Part shown: positions 28,064 to 38,818 of the stretch, piece after piece | Position numbering within the stretch: position 1 is the first letter of the stretch | Layout: the number at the start of each line of letters is the position of its first letter | Origin: Dehalococcoidia bacterium | Lineage (GTDB): Bacteria > Chloroflexota > Dehalococcoidia > UBA2979 | DNA: 64,000 nt | Assembly: GCA_965219085.1 (NCBI GenBank) | Contig: OZ244720.1 | Coordinates: 416,001-480,000 of the forward strand | Direction of reading: 5' to 3' | Made by a program: the position numbers and the translations under genes | Notes under the pieces: model-generated | What the model was told of the DNA's origin: nothing | The model's database searches: none | What the model saw: the letters and a program-made list of their open reading frames with translations, nothing else

Positions 28064-28669
28064 CTACTGACAGTAGCCGGCGTTCTGGAGGAGTTCCGCC
28101 TGGCGGAACGCGAGGTTGATCCACTCGTTCACCGTGACATTGCTGAACGCGATCTCCTCGGTCGAGCCGGCGGCCTCGATGATCACTTCCTGGTCGCGCA
28201 GGGCGTCGCGCAAGCCCTCGTAGGTCTGCCGCAGCAACTCGTGCAGGGCCGCGGTGCGTTCCGGCGGCTCGATCAGCGAGAGCTGGTCCAGGGCCGCTTC
28301 CACCGCTCCGTATTGCCCCGGAAAGATCGACTCCGCGCGCTCTTTGCGCTCGGCAAGCGACAGCTCTTGCGGGTCGCGAGGGTCGCCGCTGGCGAGGAAG
28401 TCCGAGGCGAAGGTGCGCGTGAGTCGGCAGACCCTGGCCCCCCAGATCGCGACCGCGCGGTCCTCGCCCTGGAGCGCGGGGTCGATGGTGGCAGTGGGGG
28501 TGGGGGTCTCGGTCGTGATGCCCCCGGCGGTCGGGGTGGGCGTCGGGGTCGGCGTCGGGGTTTGCTCGGTCTCGCCACCGGGACAGGCCGTGATGGCGAG
28601 CGTCAGCATGAGCGTGATACTCAGCGCGAACAGCCGCGAGCGGTACGTCCAGAGTCGCCTGGAGGTCAT
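28064..28669 (-). CDS. Lipoprotein with PT linker, unknown function
   Basis: Lipobox-like ITAC after a hydrophobic stretch; TPTPTPTPT. Confidence 0.75.
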   Translation of the reverse strand: MTSRRLWTYRSRLFALSITLMLTLAITACPGGETEQTPTPTPTPTPTAGGITTETPTPTATIDPALQGEDRAVAIWGARVCRLTRTFASDFLASGDPRDPQELSLAERKERAESIFPGQYGAVEAALDQLSLIEPPERTAALHELLRQTYEGLRDALRDQEVIIEAAGSTEEIAFSNVTVNEWINLAFRQAELLQNAGYCQ

Positions 28670-28787
28670 GGGTAGGGTGCCTTCGCCGTCCCGTGGCGAA
28701 CCGCGATTGCGGTGGGAAGCGGGTGCGCTCCGGCCATTCTAACCCGCGGGCCCGGCCACTGGGCAGGCCGTGAGACGGGGTCGCGCG

Positions 28788-28858
28788 GAAACGCCGTCGC
28801 AATACCCCAGCAAGAAATGCGTCACTCAGTCTTCATCGAGGCGACACCGCGGTGAAAC
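28788..28858 (+). promoter_or_regulatory. GlnR-box-like 11-bp periodic direct repeats upstream of amtB
   Basis: Pentamers every 11 bp: GAAAC, GCAAT, GCAAG, GTCAC, TTCAT, GACAC, GAAAC. Confidence 0.55.
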
Positions 28859-28899
28859 CGCCCCCGCCTAGTGTTTCGGCTGGAAAGGAGGGTAGTCGT

Positions 28900-30384
28900 A
28901 TGAGAGTGCATTATCTCAGCCCCGTTGCGTTAGTGGTGGGTGTCGGGGCTGCGCTGGTTGCGGGGACAAGCTTCGCTGCCGCACAGGAGGTGGAGGACGC
29001 GATTGCGGATTTGACCGCCGCGCTCGACACCGCCTGGCTGCTGCTCGCCGGCGTCCTGGTGTTGTTCATGCAGGCCGGGTTCGGCCTGGTCGAGTCGGGA
29101 TTCATCCGCTCGAAGAACGTCACCAACATCCTGATGAAGAACGCGCTGGACCTCTCGTTCGGCGCGATCGCCTACTGGGCGGTCGGTTTCGGCCTGGCCT
29201 ACGGCACCACCGAGTTCATCGACATCAGGTTCTTCGGCGGTGGCAGCTTCTTCTTCGGAGGAGAGGACGCGGACTACGCGACGTTCTTCTTCCAGTTCGC
29301 GTTCGCGGCCACGGCAGCGACGATCGTGTCGGGCGCGGTCGCGGAGCGGACGAGGTTCGCCGCGTACCTGATCTACACGGTGGCCATCACCGCCGTGATC
29401 TACCCGGTGGTCACCCACTGGGTGTGGGGCGAGGGTTTCCTGAGCGCCTACGCCGGTTCGATCCAGTTCGGCGATAACGGCATGATCGACTTCGCCGGCT
29501 CGACCGTCGTCCACTCGGTGGGCGGCTGGGCCGCGCTGGTCGGCGCGATCATGGTGGGAGCACGCCGCGGCAAGTTCGGCCCGGGCGGGATCGTCAACGC
29601 CCTGCCCGGTCACTCGATGCCGCTGGGCTTCCTCGGCGTGATGATCCTGTGGATCGGCTGGTACGGCTTCAACGCCGGTTCGACGCTCGGCCTGAGCGGC
29701 GGCTTCGCGGACCTCGCGGCGCGTGTCGCGGTGACCACTACGCTCGCGGCGGGAGCCGGCGCTGCAACGGCGATGATCATCTCCAGGCTGCGCACGGGTC
29801 ATTCGGACCTGTCGCTGACGCTCAACGGTGTGCTGGGCGGCCTGGTCGGCATCACGGCCGGCTGCGCCACGGTGGAGCCGTGGGGCGCGGTCATCATCGG
29901 CATCGTCGCCGGCGCGATCATCGTGGGCGGCGTGGAACTGCTCTACAAGTTCCAGATCGACGACCCGGTGGGTGCGGTGCCCGTGCACCTCTTCAACGGC
30001 ATCTGGGGCACGCTGGCGGTCGGCCTGTTCTCGACCCAGGCCAACCTCGCCCCGAACTACGCAGACTCCGCCAACTACGGCCTGCTGGTCGGCGGCGGGA
30101 TCGAGCTGTTCCTGTACCAGGTCATCGGCGTGGTGACCGTGGGTGTCTGGACCGTGGTGACGTCGGTCATCCTGTTCGGCATCATCAAGTACACGATTGG
30201 ACTGCGGGCTGCGGAGTCCGAGGAGGAGAGCGGCCTCGATGTGGCCGAGCACGCCATGGAGGCGTACCCCGAGTTCACCGGTGGTCGCGACCCGTTCGGT
30301 CCGCACTTCGGTGCGCCGGCGCTCCAGGCGGGCGGTGCATCCATTGCGGGCAGCGCTCCCATCCCCACGGACGACGCAGGGTAA
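28900..30384 (+). CDS. amtB: Ammonium transporter
   Basis: FMQAGF, FAATAATIVSGAVAER, DFAGSTVVH, GWYGFNAGS, DDPVGAVPVH. Confidence 0.96.
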   Translation: MRVHYLSPVALVVGVGAALVAGTSFAAAQEVEDAIADLTAALDTAWLLLAGVLVLFMQAGFGLVESGFIRSKNVTNILMKNALDLSFGAIAYWAVGFGLAYGTTEFIDIRFFGGGSFFFGGEDADYATFFFQFAFAATAATIVSGAVAERTRFAAYLIYTVAITAVIYPVVTHWVWGEGFLSAYAGSIQFGDNGMIDFAGSTVVHSVGGWAALVGAIMVGARRGKFGPGGIVNALPGHSMPLGFLGVMILWIGWYGFNAGSTLGLSGGFADLAARVAVTTTLAAGAGAATAMIISRLRTGHSDLSLTLNGVLGGLVGITAGCATVEPWGAVIIGIVAGAIIVGGVELLYKFQIDDPVGAVPVHLFNGIWGTLAVGLFSTQANLAPNYADSANYGLLVGGGIELFLYQVIGVVTVGVWTVVTSVILFGIIKYTIGLRAAESEEESGLDVAEHAMEAYPEFTGGRDPFGPHFGAPALQAGGASIAGSAPIPTDDAG

Positions 30385-30735
<351 letters not shown>

Positions 30736-30869
30736 CCGCTGAGGACCGGGAACCGGAAACCCGTGACCGTGTCCCCGAGCGTGCGCGACTGGATTCCAGG
30801 CGCCACGCTCGGGGCGCGGTGATCGGACCCGGCCCCCGGCCTCGGAGGACACGTGGCGGGAGTTTCCCC

Positions 30870-31202
30870 GTGAACGCACAATCGACTACAGAGGTTCCCC
30901 CGGCTACCCGCATCGCGGTGGGTGACCTCGTCATCGACCGCGAGCGGTACCTCGTCACCATCGGGGAGCGCACGGCGGAGCTCACGTACATGGAGTTCGA
31001 GGCGCTGTACTTCATCGCCGCCGCGGAAGGGCGGGTCGCCTCGTACGAGACGCTTGCGGGAGCGCTGTGGGAGGACGCCGACGGTGATCACCGTCGGCGT
31101 CTCGCGGTACTGGTGTCGCGCATCCGCTCCAAGCTCGGTCACGGTGCGGACTACCTCCAGACCGTGCGCCAGGTCGGTTACCGGCTACTCGCGCACGAGT
31201 AG
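30870..31202 (+). CDS. Stand-alone OmpR/PhoB-type winged-helix DNA-binding protein (no receiver domain)
   Basis: GDLVID, ELTYMEFE, SRIRSKLG, TVRQVGYRL. Confidence 0.8.
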   Translation: MNAQSTTEVPPATRIAVGDLVIDRERYLVTIGERTAELTYMEFEALYFIAAAEGRVASYETLAGALWEDADGDHRRRLAVLVSRIRSKLGHGADYLQTVRQVGYRLLAHE

Positions 31203-31283
31203 CGCGACTGGCTCCGCCACCCGCTACGATGCCCCGGAGCCGGCGCGACGCCGGCGCACCATCGTTGCGGGCATCGAGGCGCC

Positions 31284-32444
31284 ATGGCCACGCGAGACCT
31301 CCATCAAGTCGCCATCGTCGGCGCGTACAACACGGTGCAGGCCCGCCACCTGGCGGGCGAAACCTCCTTCTCGATCACGCTCGACGCCGTGCGCGGCGCG
31401 CTCGCCGACGCAGGCATGGAGGCCGCCGACGTTGACGGCCTGAACATCACCACGGGTACGGGCGGCGGTTCGCAGAACCAGCGCGACTGGGTGCACCAGT
31501 TTGGCGGCCGGGCGATGTGGATGGGCGCGCAGTCGACCGGCGTCCCGGCCGTCCTCGAGGCGGCCTCGGCGATCGCGGCGGGTTACTGCCACACCGTCGT
31601 GCTCGCCAACGGGCAGGCAGGCGCCTACACGGAGCGCGCCTCGACGGCCCCGTGGACGCGACCGAGCAACGAGTTCGTCGAGTGCTGGGGGCTATACACG
31701 GCGGCGGAGTTCGCGCTCATCGCGCAGCGACACATGCACCTCTACGGCACGAAGCCCGAGCACCTCGCAGAGGTCGCCTCGGCGGTACGCACGCACGGCG
31801 GGATGAACCCCGACGCGGTCTACTCGAACCGCGTGATCACGCCCGAGGACGTGCTGAACTCGCCGATGATCGCCGACCCGTTCCGCCTGCTCGACTGCGC
31901 CATGACCGGCGAGGGCGGCGCGGGCCTCGTGCTCACGACGGTCGAGCGCGCCCGCGACCTCGAGGTGCAGCCGGTGTACGTGCTCGGCGGCGGCCTCGAC
32001 CACCGCGGCCCCTCGTACGTGATGGCGCCGTTGTGGGACGTGGCGGGCGATGTCGGGCGGTTCGCCGCCGAGCAGGCGTTCGCGGCCTGCGGGCTCGGCC
32101 CGCAAGACGTCGACGTGTGCGAGTTCTACGACCCGTTCTCGTTCGAGATCATCCGGCAGTTCGAGGCGTATGGGTTCTGCGGGCCTGGCGAGGGCGGCCC
32201 GTTCGTCATGGACGGCCGCATCCGCATCGGCGGGCAGTACCCGATCTGCACCGACGGCGGCACGATGTCGTTCAGCCACCCCGGCACGGCGCAGCTGCTC
32301 CAGAAGGTCATCGCGGGAGCGAAGCAGCTCCGAGGCGCCGAGGGGCCTCGACAGGTCCAGGATGCGCGCGTGGCGATGGTGAGCAACGGCGGCGCCGGCG
32401 CGCTCTTCACGGACGTCGTGCTGCTCGGCAACGAGCAGCCGTGA
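31284..32444 (+). CDS. SCP2-type thiolase-family protein
   Basis: SPMIADPFRLLDC, EFYDPFS, GFCGPGEG, TDGGTMSFSHPG. Confidence 0.88.
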   Translation: MATRDLHQVAIVGAYNTVQARHLAGETSFSITLDAVRGALADAGMEAADVDGLNITTGTGGGSQNQRDWVHQFGGRAMWMGAQSTGVPAVLEAASAIAAGYCHTVVLANGQAGAYTERASTAPWTRPSNEFVECWGLYTAAEFALIAQRHMHLYGTKPEHLAEVASAVRTHGGMNPDAVYSNRVITPEDVLNSPMIADPFRLLDCAMTGEGGAGLVLTTVERARDLEVQPVYVLGGGLDHRGPSYVMAPLWDVAGDVGRFAAEQAFAACGLGPQDVDVCEFYDPFSFEIIRQFEAYGFCGPGEGGPFVMDGRIRIGGQYPICTDGGTMSFSHPGTAQLLQKVIAGAKQLRGAEGPRQVQDARVAMVSNGGAGALFTDVVLLGNEQP

Positions 32445-32507
32445 GCGCGCGCTGAGGCACCTCCGCACGCCTCGCGGTAATATGTGCAGGCCGAAGGAGA
32501 CTCCACG

Positions 32508-33413
32508 ATGAGCGACCAGATTCAGCCGTCCGACCGCGACATCCGCCAGGCCGTCACCGAGCGCTACGGCGCGCGCGCCCGCGCGGCGCTCGGCGAGCAC
32601 GCCGCCTCGACGGCCGACGCCTGCTGCGCCGCGGACGCCGGCGGCCCGCAGCTCATGCCGCTCGAGACGCTGCAACTCCTGACGCCCGACGGGCAGGTGT
32701 GCAGCATCGACGGCGTCTGCGAGCCTGTCGACGGGCTGCTCGTGGACCTGGCCGCAGGCGTCGAGGCGTCGGACGACGGTGGGGTGTGGGGTTCGGCGCT
32801 CTACGACTCCGAGCAGCTCGCCGGGGTACCGGACGCCGCGCAGCTCGCTGCTGCCGGCTGCGGCAACCCGATCGCGATCGCCGAGCTGAGCGCGGGCGAA
32901 GCACTGCTCGACCTCGGCTCCGGCGGCGGCATCGACTGCTTCCTCGCAGCGAAGCAGGTCGGCGCGGACGGCCAGGTGTGGGGCCTCGACATGACGCCCG
33001 ACATGATCCAGCTCGCGCGCCACAATGCCGAGGCCGTTGGGGCGACCAACGTGCGCTTCCGCCTCGGCGAGATCGAGGACATCCCGTTCGCCGACGGCAT
33101 GTTCGACGTGATCATCTCGAACTGCGTCATCAACCTCTCGACCGACAAGCCGCAGGTGTTCCGCGAGGCGTTCCGCGTGCTCAAGCCCGGCGGCCGCCTG
33201 CGCGTCTCCGACATGGTGCTCACCGCCGCCCTCCCGGCCGGGGAGCGTGCAGACCTCGAAGCGTGGGCCGGCTGCGTCGCCGGCGCGCTGGAGGTGGAGG
33301 ACTACCTCGGCCACATCCGCGCCGCCGGCTTCACCGAAGTGCGCGCCGACTGCGGCGAGGAGCAGCGTGCGGGCATCGCCAGCGCGAACGTCACGGCCGT
33401 CCGCCCGGCGTAA
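32508..33413 (+). CDS. arsM: Arsenite methyltransferase-like SAM methyltransferase
   Basis: CC pair, GCGNP, LDLGSGGGIDC, IISNCVINL, WAGCVAGAL. Confidence 0.85.
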   Translation: MSDQIQPSDRDIRQAVTERYGARARAALGEHAASTADACCAADAGGPQLMPLETLQLLTPDGQVCSIDGVCEPVDGLLVDLAAGVEASDDGGVWGSALYDSEQLAGVPDAAQLAAAGCGNPIAIAELSAGEALLDLGSGGGIDCFLAAKQVGADGQVWGLDMTPDMIQLARHNAEAVGATNVRFRLGEIEDIPFADGMFDVIISNCVINLSTDKPQVFREAFRVLKPGGRLRVSDMVLTAALPAGERADLEAWAGCVAGALEVEDYLGHIRAAGFTEVRADCGEEQRAGIASANVTAVRPA

Positions 33414-33439
33414 CCGGGCCGCATAGCGAGGTCCGTACC

Positions 33440-33649
33440 ATGTGCCGCAGCATCAAGGTCCTGCGCCAGGGCTCCGTGCCCGCGACCGACGAGGAGATCG
33501 AGGCCGCCGCGCTCCAGTTCGTGCGCAAGGTGAGCGGATTCCGCAGCCCGTCGCGTGCGAACGCCGAGGTCTTCGCCGCGGCCGTCGACGAGGTCGCCGC
33601 TTCCACGCGTCAGCTCCTCGCGTCGCTCCGCATCGGCGCCCGGGCGTAG
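33440..33649 (+). CDS. DUF2277-family small protein
   Basis: MCRSIKVLR...EEIEAAALQFVRKVSG...N.EVF..AV. Confidence 0.85.
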   Translation: MCRSIKVLRQGSVPATDEEIEAAALQFVRKVSGFRSPSRANAEVFAAAVDEVAASTRQLLASLRIGARA

Positions 33650-33751
33650 CTACCCCCACCTCCCGCGGATAGCCTGACGCCGCTCGCCCCACGACCGTCA
33701 TCGCGACGGGGTACGCTGGATCGGCCCGTACCCACCGCCACGGGAGTCCCG

Positions 33752-35407
33752 ATGCCACGACCGTACCTGTCCGTACCTCGACCGATCGTGCGCGTAGCCC
33801 TCGTCGTACTGGTGGCGTGGGCCGCCCTGGCGGCTGCCTGCGCCGCCGATGAAGCTGATCCGGGGCCCGCCGCCACCACCGCGCCCGGGGCGGCCGTGCG
33901 GCCGCAGCCCACCGCCGGCGCCGTGACGCCGCCCACCCGAACGCCGATCCCCACGCCGTCGCCGACCCGCACGCCCTTCCCCACGCCGACGCCGCGCGCG
34001 TGGCCCGAGGCTTCGTCCGCCCCCATTGGGGACGCCGAGGCGCGCGAGCTGATGGACACGCTCTCCAACCCCGACGCGACCGAGGACGCGCTGCGGCTGG
34101 CCCTCGCACGCATCGTGAGATCCGACGACGAGCGGTTCGCCGCCGTACTTATCGAGCTGCTGTGGGCGCGCGACACCCGCATCCTGCCGCGCGGCCTCGA
34201 GTACCTCGAGTACCACGACGCGCTGGAGGCGATCACCGAGGGCGGCGTTGGGCCGAACCGCCACTACTGGGTGCAGTGGTACGGGGCCTCGGACCTGGCG
34301 CCACCGCCCGGCTTCACCGGCTGGAAGGGCCGGCTGATGTCGGTCATCGACGAGCAGTTCGGCGAGTTCCTGTCGGACGAGCACGCCGCGGCGATTCGGG
34401 TCGAGGAGATCCTGTGGGGCGGCGTGCGCGTCGACTCCATTCCGCCGCTGGAGCACCCGAACATGCTCGCGCCGGAGAGCGTGGACTACCTCGAACCGGA
34501 TGAAGCGGTGTTCGGCATCGCCATCAACGGCGAGGCGCACGCCTACCCGCTGCGCATCCTCGACTGGCACGAGATGGCCAACATCACCGTCGGCGGCGTG
34601 CCGATCTCGCTGGCGTACTGCACGCTCTGCGGCGCGGCCATCGCCTACGACGACCGCGGACCCGACGGCGAGACGTACAACTTCGGTACCTCCGGCTTCC
34701 TCTACCGCAGCAACAAGCTCATGTACGACCGCAACACGCGTACGTTGTGGAACCAGTTCACCGGCGAGCCCGTGCTCGGCTCGCTCGTCGGCGCGCTCGA
34801 CCTCGAAGGCGAGCCGCTGCGCCTCAACCTGCTCCCGGTGGTGCTCTCGACGTACGAGGACTGGCTCGAGCGCCACCCGAACTCGGTCGTGCTCGACATC
34901 GACACCGGCTATCTGCGGCCGTACGAGCAGGGCGCGGCCTACGGCCACTACTTCTCCGACCCCAGCACGATGTTCCCGGTCTGGCTCACCGACAACGAGC
35001 TGCACATGAAGGAGTACGTCTACGGCCTGCGCCTGGGCGGCGCGCGCAAGGCGTACCCCATCGACGTCCTCGCCGACGAGCGCGTGGTCAACGACACGTT
35101 CAACGACTGGCCGATCGTGCTCGTCACCGCGCAGGAGATCGACACGCTCGGCTATGGCCGCGGGGTGGGGCCCGTGCTCTACCCCTCGGGCGGCGAGGTG
35201 CGCGCCTTCGACCGCGGCGACCGCAGCTTCGCGCCGGGACCGGAGGACGGCACGGTACTCGACGCTTCGGGGGCCGAGTGGGAGGTCACCGAGGACGCCC
35301 TCGTCGGCCCGGATGGGGAGCGGCTCGAGCGCATCAGCGGCCACCTCGCGTTCTGGTTCGGGTGGTACGCGTTCTTCCCGGAGACCGAGATCTACGGCGG
35401 CGGGTAG
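33752..35407 (+). CDS. DUF3179-domain lipoprotein
   Basis: Lipobox LAAAC; GGVRVDSIPPL, AYPLRILDWHE, YCTLCG, FGTSGFLYRSNKLMYDR, FWFGWYAF. Confidence 0.88.
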   Translation: MPRPYLSVPRPIVRVALVVLVAWAALAAACAADEADPGPAATTAPGAAVRPQPTAGAVTPPTRTPIPTPSPTRTPFPTPTPRAWPEASSAPIGDAEARELMDTLSNPDATEDALRLALARIVRSDDERFAAVLIELLWARDTRILPRGLEYLEYHDALEAITEGGVGPNRHYWVQWYGASDLAPPPGFTGWKGRLMSVIDEQFGEFLSDEHAAAIRVEEILWGGVRVDSIPPLEHPNMLAPESVDYLEPDEAVFGIAINGEAHAYPLRILDWHEMANITVGGVPISLAYCTLCGAAIAYDDRGPDGETYNFGTSGFLYRSNKLMYDRNTRTLWNQFTGEPVLGSLVGALDLEGEPLRLNLLPVVLSTYEDWLERHPNSVVLDIDTGYLRPYEQGAAYGHYFSDPSTMFPVWLTDNELHMKEYVYGLRLGGARKAYPIDVLADERVVNDTFNDWPIVLVTAQEIDTLGYGRGVGPVLYPSGGEVRAFDRGDRSFAPGPEDGTVLDASGAEWEVTEDALVGPDGERLERISGHLAFWFGWYAFFPETEIYGGG

Positions 35408-35542
35408 CCCTCGACGCGTCGAGTGGTGCGCAGTGGCGTCACCGGCGACGATGCCCGCGCGCTCGCCGAGATCACACACGCTCCGCCGCCGACGGGCGGC
35501 GGCGAGGCAGCCCGGGCACACCACTGGGGGAGGAAGCACCGC

Positions 35543-35917
35543 ATGGAAGTCGTACGAGCCGCCGAGGGTGAGTCGGTCGAGAGCAGCGCCGCGGAGATCT
35601 TCGAGGGCGGGCACGTCTGGGCCCGCCGCATCGCGGGTGGCGACACCGGCCGCGGCGACCAGATGTCGTTCGGCATCGTGCAGTTCGCCGCGGGCGCGCG
35701 CACGAAGCCGCACCGCCACACCTCGGACCAGTTGCTCTACGTCGTCGCCGGCATCGGCAAGGTCGGCGCGGGCGGCGCGGAGCACGTGGTCAGCGCGGGT
35801 GACTTCATCCACATCCCGGCGGGCGAGGACCACTGGCACGGCGCCGGCGACACCGGCTCGCCGATGTCGCACATCACCGTCATGCTCGACGATTCCGTGT
35901 CGACAGTGACGGGATAG
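35543..35917 (+). CDS. Cupin-domain protein
   Basis: GARTKPHRHTSDQ, IPAGEDHWHGA; GGGGGAGG RBS. Confidence 0.87.
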   Translation: MEVVRAAEGESVESSAAEIFEGGHVWARRIAGGDTGRGDQMSFGIVQFAAGARTKPHRHTSDQLLYVVAGIGKVGAGGAEHVVSAGDFIHIPAGEDHWHGAGDTGSPMSHITVMLDDSVSTVTG

Positions 35918-35951
35918 TCCGCCGAACGATCAGTCCTCGACGCGTCCGTCC

Positions 35952-36226
35952 ATGCCGAGCTCCCGGCTCACGGTCCGCGTGACGCCGCGCGCCGCCCGCG
36001 ACGAGGTCGCGGGCTTCGAGGACGGCGTGCTCCGAGTCCGCGTGACGGCCGCACCTGTCGATGGCCGCGCGAATCGCGCGCTGGAGCGGCTGCTGGCGAA
36101 GCGCCTGGGCGTGCCGAACTCGGCCGTCAGCGTCGTCGTTGGCCACACCGGGCGGCGCAAGGTCGTCGAGGTCGAGGGGCTGGGGAGGAGGAGGCGCGCC
36201 GCCGCCTCGAGGATGGTGCGCCTTAG
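35952..36226 (+). CDS. DUF167/YggU-family protein (probable 1-bp frameshift near 36185)
   Basis: VRVTPRA, LRVRVTAAPVDGRAN, GHTGRRK; natural-looking tail EEEARRRLEDGAP* lies in another frame. Confidence 0.8.
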
Positions 36227-36474
36227 ACGCCAGCCTGCAGGACTTGCATGAGCACGAAGATCAGGATGATCGCGACCATCGGCGTGATGTCGACCATGCC
36301 GATGCGCGGCACCACGCGCCGCAGCGGCCCAAGCACCGGCTCGGTGACCGAGTCGAGCGCCTTTACGATGGGGCCCTGGGGGTCGATCGGGAACCAGCTG
36401 ATGATGGCGCGCGCGAAGATCGCGAACCACAGGATCTGCAGAAGCAGGAAGACGATGGAGATCAAGAAGGTCAT
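36223..36474 (-). CDS. yggT: YggT-family membrane protein
   Basis: IISWFP, TEPVLGPLRRVVP, DITP. Confidence 0.88.
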   Translation of the reverse strand: MTFLISIVFLLLQILWFAIFARAIISWFPIDPQGPIVKALDSVTEPVLGPLRRVVPRIGMVDITPMVAIILIFVLMQVLQAGV

Positions 36475-37277
36475 TCCGGCTCCCTCAGGTCCTGAGCCCG
36501 CCCGTAGGCGGCCTCGATAGCGTCATCGAAGGCTGCGCGCAGGCCCGCTGCTTCCAGCTCACCGAGCGCCGCTGCCGTCGTGCCGCCGGGCGAGGTGACG
36601 GCGTTGCGCAGCGCCGCCGGGTGCTGCCCGGTCTCGATAGCGTAGCGCGCCGACCCCGCTACGGTCGCGAGCACCAGCGCGCTCGCGTCCGGGCGCTTCA
36701 TCCCCAGCCGCACCGCCGAGTCGATCATCGACTCGATCACGAGGTAGACGTACGCGGGCCCGGAGCCGTGCAGCGCCGTCGCGAGGTCGACGGCGTCGTC
36801 GTCGTGGACCTCGACGACCGCGCTCGCGACGCCGCCGAGCAGGCGCTCGACGCGCTCGCGCTGGTCGGCCGTGACCGCGTCGCCGAGGAGGTAGACGGCC
36901 GCGCCTTCGCCCACCGCGGCGGGGAGGTTCGGCATCACGCGCACCGAGGCGGGGTGTCCGCTGTGGCGCTGCACGTCGGCGAGCGCCACGCCCGCGGCGA
37001 TCGAGACGAGGACAGCGTCGGGTGTAATCGCGCCGGTCAGGTTCGCGGCCACCTCGGGCAGGTCGTCGGGCTTCACGGCAAGGAGCACGAGGTCCGCGCC
37101 GATGCACGCGCTCTGCGGGTCGTCGGTGACGCGCACGCCGTGCTCGGTGAGCTCGGTGCGTCGGGCCTCGACGACCTCGGCGACGGCGATCTCGGCCGGC
37201 GATGCGACCTCGGCGCGGAGAATCCCCCGCAGGAAGGCCTCGCCCATGAAGCCGCCGCCGATGATGCCGATGCGCAT
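36471..37277 (-). CDS. proC: Pyrroline-5-carboxylate reductase
   Basis: GGGFMG, SIAAGV, RVMPN, GSGPAY, VTSPGGTT. Confidence 0.95.
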   Translation of the reverse strand: MRIGIIGGGFMGEAFLRGILRAEVASPAEIAVAEVVEARRTELTEHGVRVTDDPQSACIGADLVLLAVKPDDLPEVAANLTGAITPDAVLVSIAAGVALADVQRHSGHPASVRVMPNLPAAVGEGAAVYLLGDAVTADQRERVERLLGGVASAVVEVHDDDAVDLATALHGSGPAYVYLVIESMIDSAVRLGMKRPDASALVLATVAGSARYAIETGQHPAALRNAVTSPGGTTAAALGELEAAGLRAAFDDAIEAAYGRAQDLREPE

Positions 37278-37302
37278 GCCAGGTCCCTTCGTCTGGCGCT
37301 CG

Positions 37303-38007
37303 CTACGCGCGGCGCGGGCCGAAGATGACGCGCCCGAGCCGCACCACCGTCGCGCCCTCCTCGATGGCGACCTCGTAGTCCTCGGTCATGCCCATCGAGA
37401 GTTCAGCGAGGCCGTGCGCCTCTGCCAGCTCGCGCAGCTCGCGGAACACGGGGCGCACCAGCTCCGGATCGTCGACCTGCGGCGCGACCGTCATGAGCCC
37501 GACCACCTCGACGTGCCGCAGGTCGGCCGCTCCGCGCAGCAGCTCGCCCACGTCGCCGGGCTCGACGCCCTGCTTCGCCGCTTCGCCGCCGACGTTGACC
37601 TCGAGGTAGCACGGGAGCGGGACGTCGGGGTTGGGCGAACGGCCCTGCTCGGCGCGCCGCTCGATCTCGGTGGCGAGCCGCAGGGAGTCGAGCGAGTGCA
37701 GCACGGCGATGTGCGGGAGCACCTGCCGGACCTTGTTGCGCTGCAACCCGCCGATGAAGTGCCAGCGCGGCGCGAGGCCCATGCCCGCGGCCTCCTCGGC
37801 CTTCGGGACGAGCTCCTGCGCGCGGTTCTCACCGAGGTCGACCTGGCCGGCGGCGAGCGCCTCCTCGACGGCGTCGACAGGGTGCGTCTTGGTCACGCCG
37901 ACGATGGTGACCCCGGCGGGGTCGCGCCCGGCGCGCTCACACGCCGCCGCGATGCGCTCGCGGACGGCCTCGAGCCGAGTGGCGATGGTTGCGGTGCTGG
38001 TAGTCAT
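37303..38007 (-). CDS. yggS: PLP homeostasis protein
   Basis: VGVTKT, GENRAQE, WHFIGGLQRNK, LSMGMTEDY, GATVVRLG. Confidence 0.95.
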   Translation of the reverse strand: MTTSTATIATRLEAVRERIAAACERAGRDPAGVTIVGVTKTHPVDAVEEALAAGQVDLGENRAQELVPKAEEAAGMGLAPRWHFIGGLQRNKVRQVLPHIAVLHSLDSLRLATEIERRAEQGRSPNPDVPLPCYLEVNVGGEAAKQGVEPGDVGELLRGAADLRHVEVVGLMTVAPQVDDPELVRPVFRELRELAEAHGLAELSMGMTEDYEVAIEEGATVVRLGRVIFGPRRA

Positions 38008-38338
38008 GCCTCAAGGCTACGCTCCCGGCATGGCCGCCGCCAGACGCGCCGCCGAAACCCAATCGTCACGCGCCTGCCACGGACTCGTCACGTGCGTTCA
38101 CCAGACTGCGCCACAAGACGAGGCGGCGACTCCCGCCGGGGCCGGATGGCCCGCGGGAGCCACCGCCGAGGTCGCCGCACCGTCCCGACGAGTGCTTCGA
38201 GGAGTCGTCAGCGCGAGCCGCTCGGAGGCTTGGTGCGCGGCGGGCAGCCCGCTGCGGCTCGCGTTTGGAGACGGGGAGCCGCCACCGGAGGAGGAGTACA
38301 TCTTCCGCGCGCGGGTTCCCGGATAGGCCGAAGCGTTG

Positions 38339-38818
38339 CTACCGACGGCGCCGCCTTCGGCGAGGCTCGGAGGCGGGTGCGCCCAGCGGGCACGAGCCGT
38401 CGTGTGTGAGCAGGTGCAGATGACCGCGATTCTGGTAGACGCTGCCCCGTGGGTGGTCGACGAGGGCGGGATTTCCGAAGTCCGCGTGTAGTCTGCGGTC
38501 CGAAGAACAGAGCAGCCGTGCTCCAGAGACGCGGGCGAGAGCGATGACATGAGCGTCGTTCGAGACGCATTGGCCCTCGACCTGGGCCGTCTCCGCTGCC
38601 ACCTCCTCGGGCGAAATGAATCGGGCGAGCTTCGCGCGCTCCCAGTTCCGGAGCAGCCGTCGAGCATCGCCGACCTCGAAGAGCTCGTCGAGCAGTCGGC
38701 CGCCTGCGACAAGCACTCCCTGCCCGCTAGCGATCCATTCCCAGAGCGGCTCGAGTTCTTGATCGACTGGATCGCCAAAGAACCGGGGAGCGACGTTCGC
38801 GTCGACGATCGCGCACAC
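38339..38818 (-). CDS. PIN-domain protein
   Basis: IVDANV...EL...NDAHVIALARVSGARLLCSSD acidic tetrad; abuts the ATPase stop. Confidence 0.75.
   Translation of the reverse strand: MCAIVDANVAPRFFGDPVDQELEPLWEWIASGQGVLVAGGRLLDELFEVGDARRLLRNWERAKLARFISPEEVAAETAQVEGQCVSNDAHVIALARVSGARLLCSSDRRLHADFGNPALVDHPRGSVYQNRGHLHLLTHDGSCPLGAPASEPRRRRRRR

Noticed and set aside
33752-35407. DUF3179 or ArsM as further selenoproteins
   Set aside because: Both frames are uninterrupted and use Cys (e.g. YCTLC).
36180-36251. Programmed frameshift in the DUF167 gene
   Set aside because: Better explained by a single-G loss in a G-run (mutation or sequencing error) after the conserved domain.
38029-38326. Possible ORF ending LRLAFGDGEPPPEEEYIFRARVPG
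   Set aside because: No RBS or recognisable motif; may be a remnant but cannot be supported.
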